Assembly: GCA_027604505.1 (NCBI GenBank)
Contig: JADIIX010000057.1
Coordinates: 62,001-126,000 of the forward strand
From: Gonapodya sp. JEL0774
Lineage: Eukaryota
DNA length: 64,000 nt
Direction of reading: 5' to 3'
The translations under genes and the position numbers were made by a program. A model generated the notes under the pieces. It searched no databases and had not been told where the DNA came from. It saw nothing but the letters and a program-made list of their open reading frames with translations. The stretch's first letter is position 1, and every line of letters starts with the position of its first letter. This document shows positions 62,423 to 64,000 of this stretch, piece after piece.

Positions 62423-64000
62423 ATGACATCACAATCTATCACAGATGACCGGCTCTCTGTCATCGCATCTAGCGCCACGTCGTCGTCTTCCCGTGGATCT
62501 TTCGACTCCCAGACTAGACTCATTCTGGGACGATACAAATCAATTCGTGTACTGGGGGAGGGATCATTTGCGAAAGTGAAGCTCGCAGAGGATGTGTATA
62601 GTGGAGAGCAAGTGAGTTCTTGTCATGTTCTCACTATTGGAGTGTCCGATGGTCTCCTCTGTATCGTTCCCAGGTGGCGATAAAATGCTTTGAGAAAAGT
62701 AGACTTGGCAAGGCATCTGCCTTGGTGAGACTGAAGAGAGAGATCAGACTTCTCAAGCACTTACACCATCCAAATATTGTGAAACTCATCAGTGTAAGAT
62801 AACCTGTTCTGGATCACTAGGTCTTGCCAATGCGGCTTTCTTACGTAGTCGTCTATGCGGGGCAGGTTGGTGAAACTCATGATCACGTGTATCTCGTTAT
62901 GGAGCATGTTGATGGAGGGGAGCTCTTCGACTTTATAGTCGGTGAGTTCTGGTCCCCTTCGATTGGGCAAGTACTCATGCACAATTGTTTTCGATGCCGC
63001 AGCTTCTGGGAGACTGAAAGAAACTCAGGCCCGAAGATTTTTTCGGCAGTGCGTTTCTGCTCTCGAGTACTGCCACATGAGCTGTCTCGTACACCGAGGT
63101 AAGGCAGCTTTGACCCAAAGCAGAGTTACTTGAAATCTGAAGAGTTAATGGACTCAAAGACCTCAAACCCGAAAACATGCTGGTGGATTCTCGAGGGCAA
63201 GTCAAAATCGTGGATTTTGGGTTTGTCAACACATTTCACCCAGACGAGCATCTGAATACGTTCTGTGGCTCTCTTCTCTATGCTGCACCGGAGATGATAG
63301 GAAAAAGCGAATATCGCGGAAGCACAGTCGATGTTTGGAGTTTAGGTTCGAGATCCTGGTCTTCGCCTGCACTCTTACCCCCAGCCCAACAAATTCAATC
63401 CCCCAGGAATTGTGTTGTATGCTCTTCTTACAGGAAATTTGCCGTTCAATGAGCGGACGCCACAGGACATGTACAGACTCATCACGACAGCTCGATATGA
63501 AGTCCCAGAGTTCCTTTCCGACGGTGAAAACTGCTGATGTTTCGCAATTACTGTGATGTCCGTGACTTTCTTGACCGCCCCTTCAGATGCCAAACATCTT
63601 CTTTCAAGGATGCTCACCGTTGATCCAGCAAAGCGGGCCAACATCACCGAGATTCGGACGCATCCGTGGGTCACAGGTACTGAAGGACAACTCAGTACCG
63701 CAGTTCCACCACGACCTCCGTTAACAAATCTGGATGAAAACATCTTAATCCGAATGAAAGCACTCGGGTTTGATGGCGGGTCACCAGAGGTCCGAAAGCT
63801 TCTGATTACTGATCCACGATCACCGGAGTTCGCTGTGTACTATCTTTTGCTCGAACACGACCAATTTTTGCGAGATAAGAAGGACCGACGATCAATCCCT
63901 TCCAGTACGCTTATGACGACCGATACTCTGCCCAAAGGTGCCTCGGTTGCCGCAGACGCTGTTGACGAAGAAGAGGAGAATGATGATGCCGAGGGTCTCC
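62423..64000 (+). CDS. Second MARK/KIN1-like Ser/Thr kinase (paralog of 57552-61045), runs off the window end
   Basis: 'LGEGSFAKVKLA', 'VAIK', 'HRDLKPEN', 'DFG', 'TFCGSLLYAAPE', 'DVWSLG', UBA-like 'EFAVYYLL'. Confidence 0.9.

Overview
Gene-dense eukaryotic nuclear DNA (about 50% GC, short spliceosomal introns). It most likely comes from a zoosporic, early-diverging fungus (chytrid/monoblepharid type). This is an inference from fungal genes (Chs4/Skt5, ARG7, APA, fungal-type MCU) sitting alongside flagellar or animal-like genes (MORN3, EML, FRMD8, sAC/sGC-type cyclase). I reconstructed 22 protein-coding genes by hand, joining ORF fragments across introns, so exon boundaries and several start codons are approximate. 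I found no rRNA, tRNA, CRISPR array or recognisable transposon. Most interesting: (1) an MCU with a ~440-aa N-terminal extension made of repeated [presequence-like cleavage motif + Trp helix] modules, possibly a polyprotein or multi-cleaved precursor; (2) an sAC-family cyclase lacking the adenine-specifying residues and with a degenerate P-loop, a candidate soluble guanylyl cyclase; (3) a bacterial RutG/UraA-type permease split by 20 introns; (4) a tandem 2OG-Fe(II) oxygenase pair with several shifted intron positions and a GC-AG intron.
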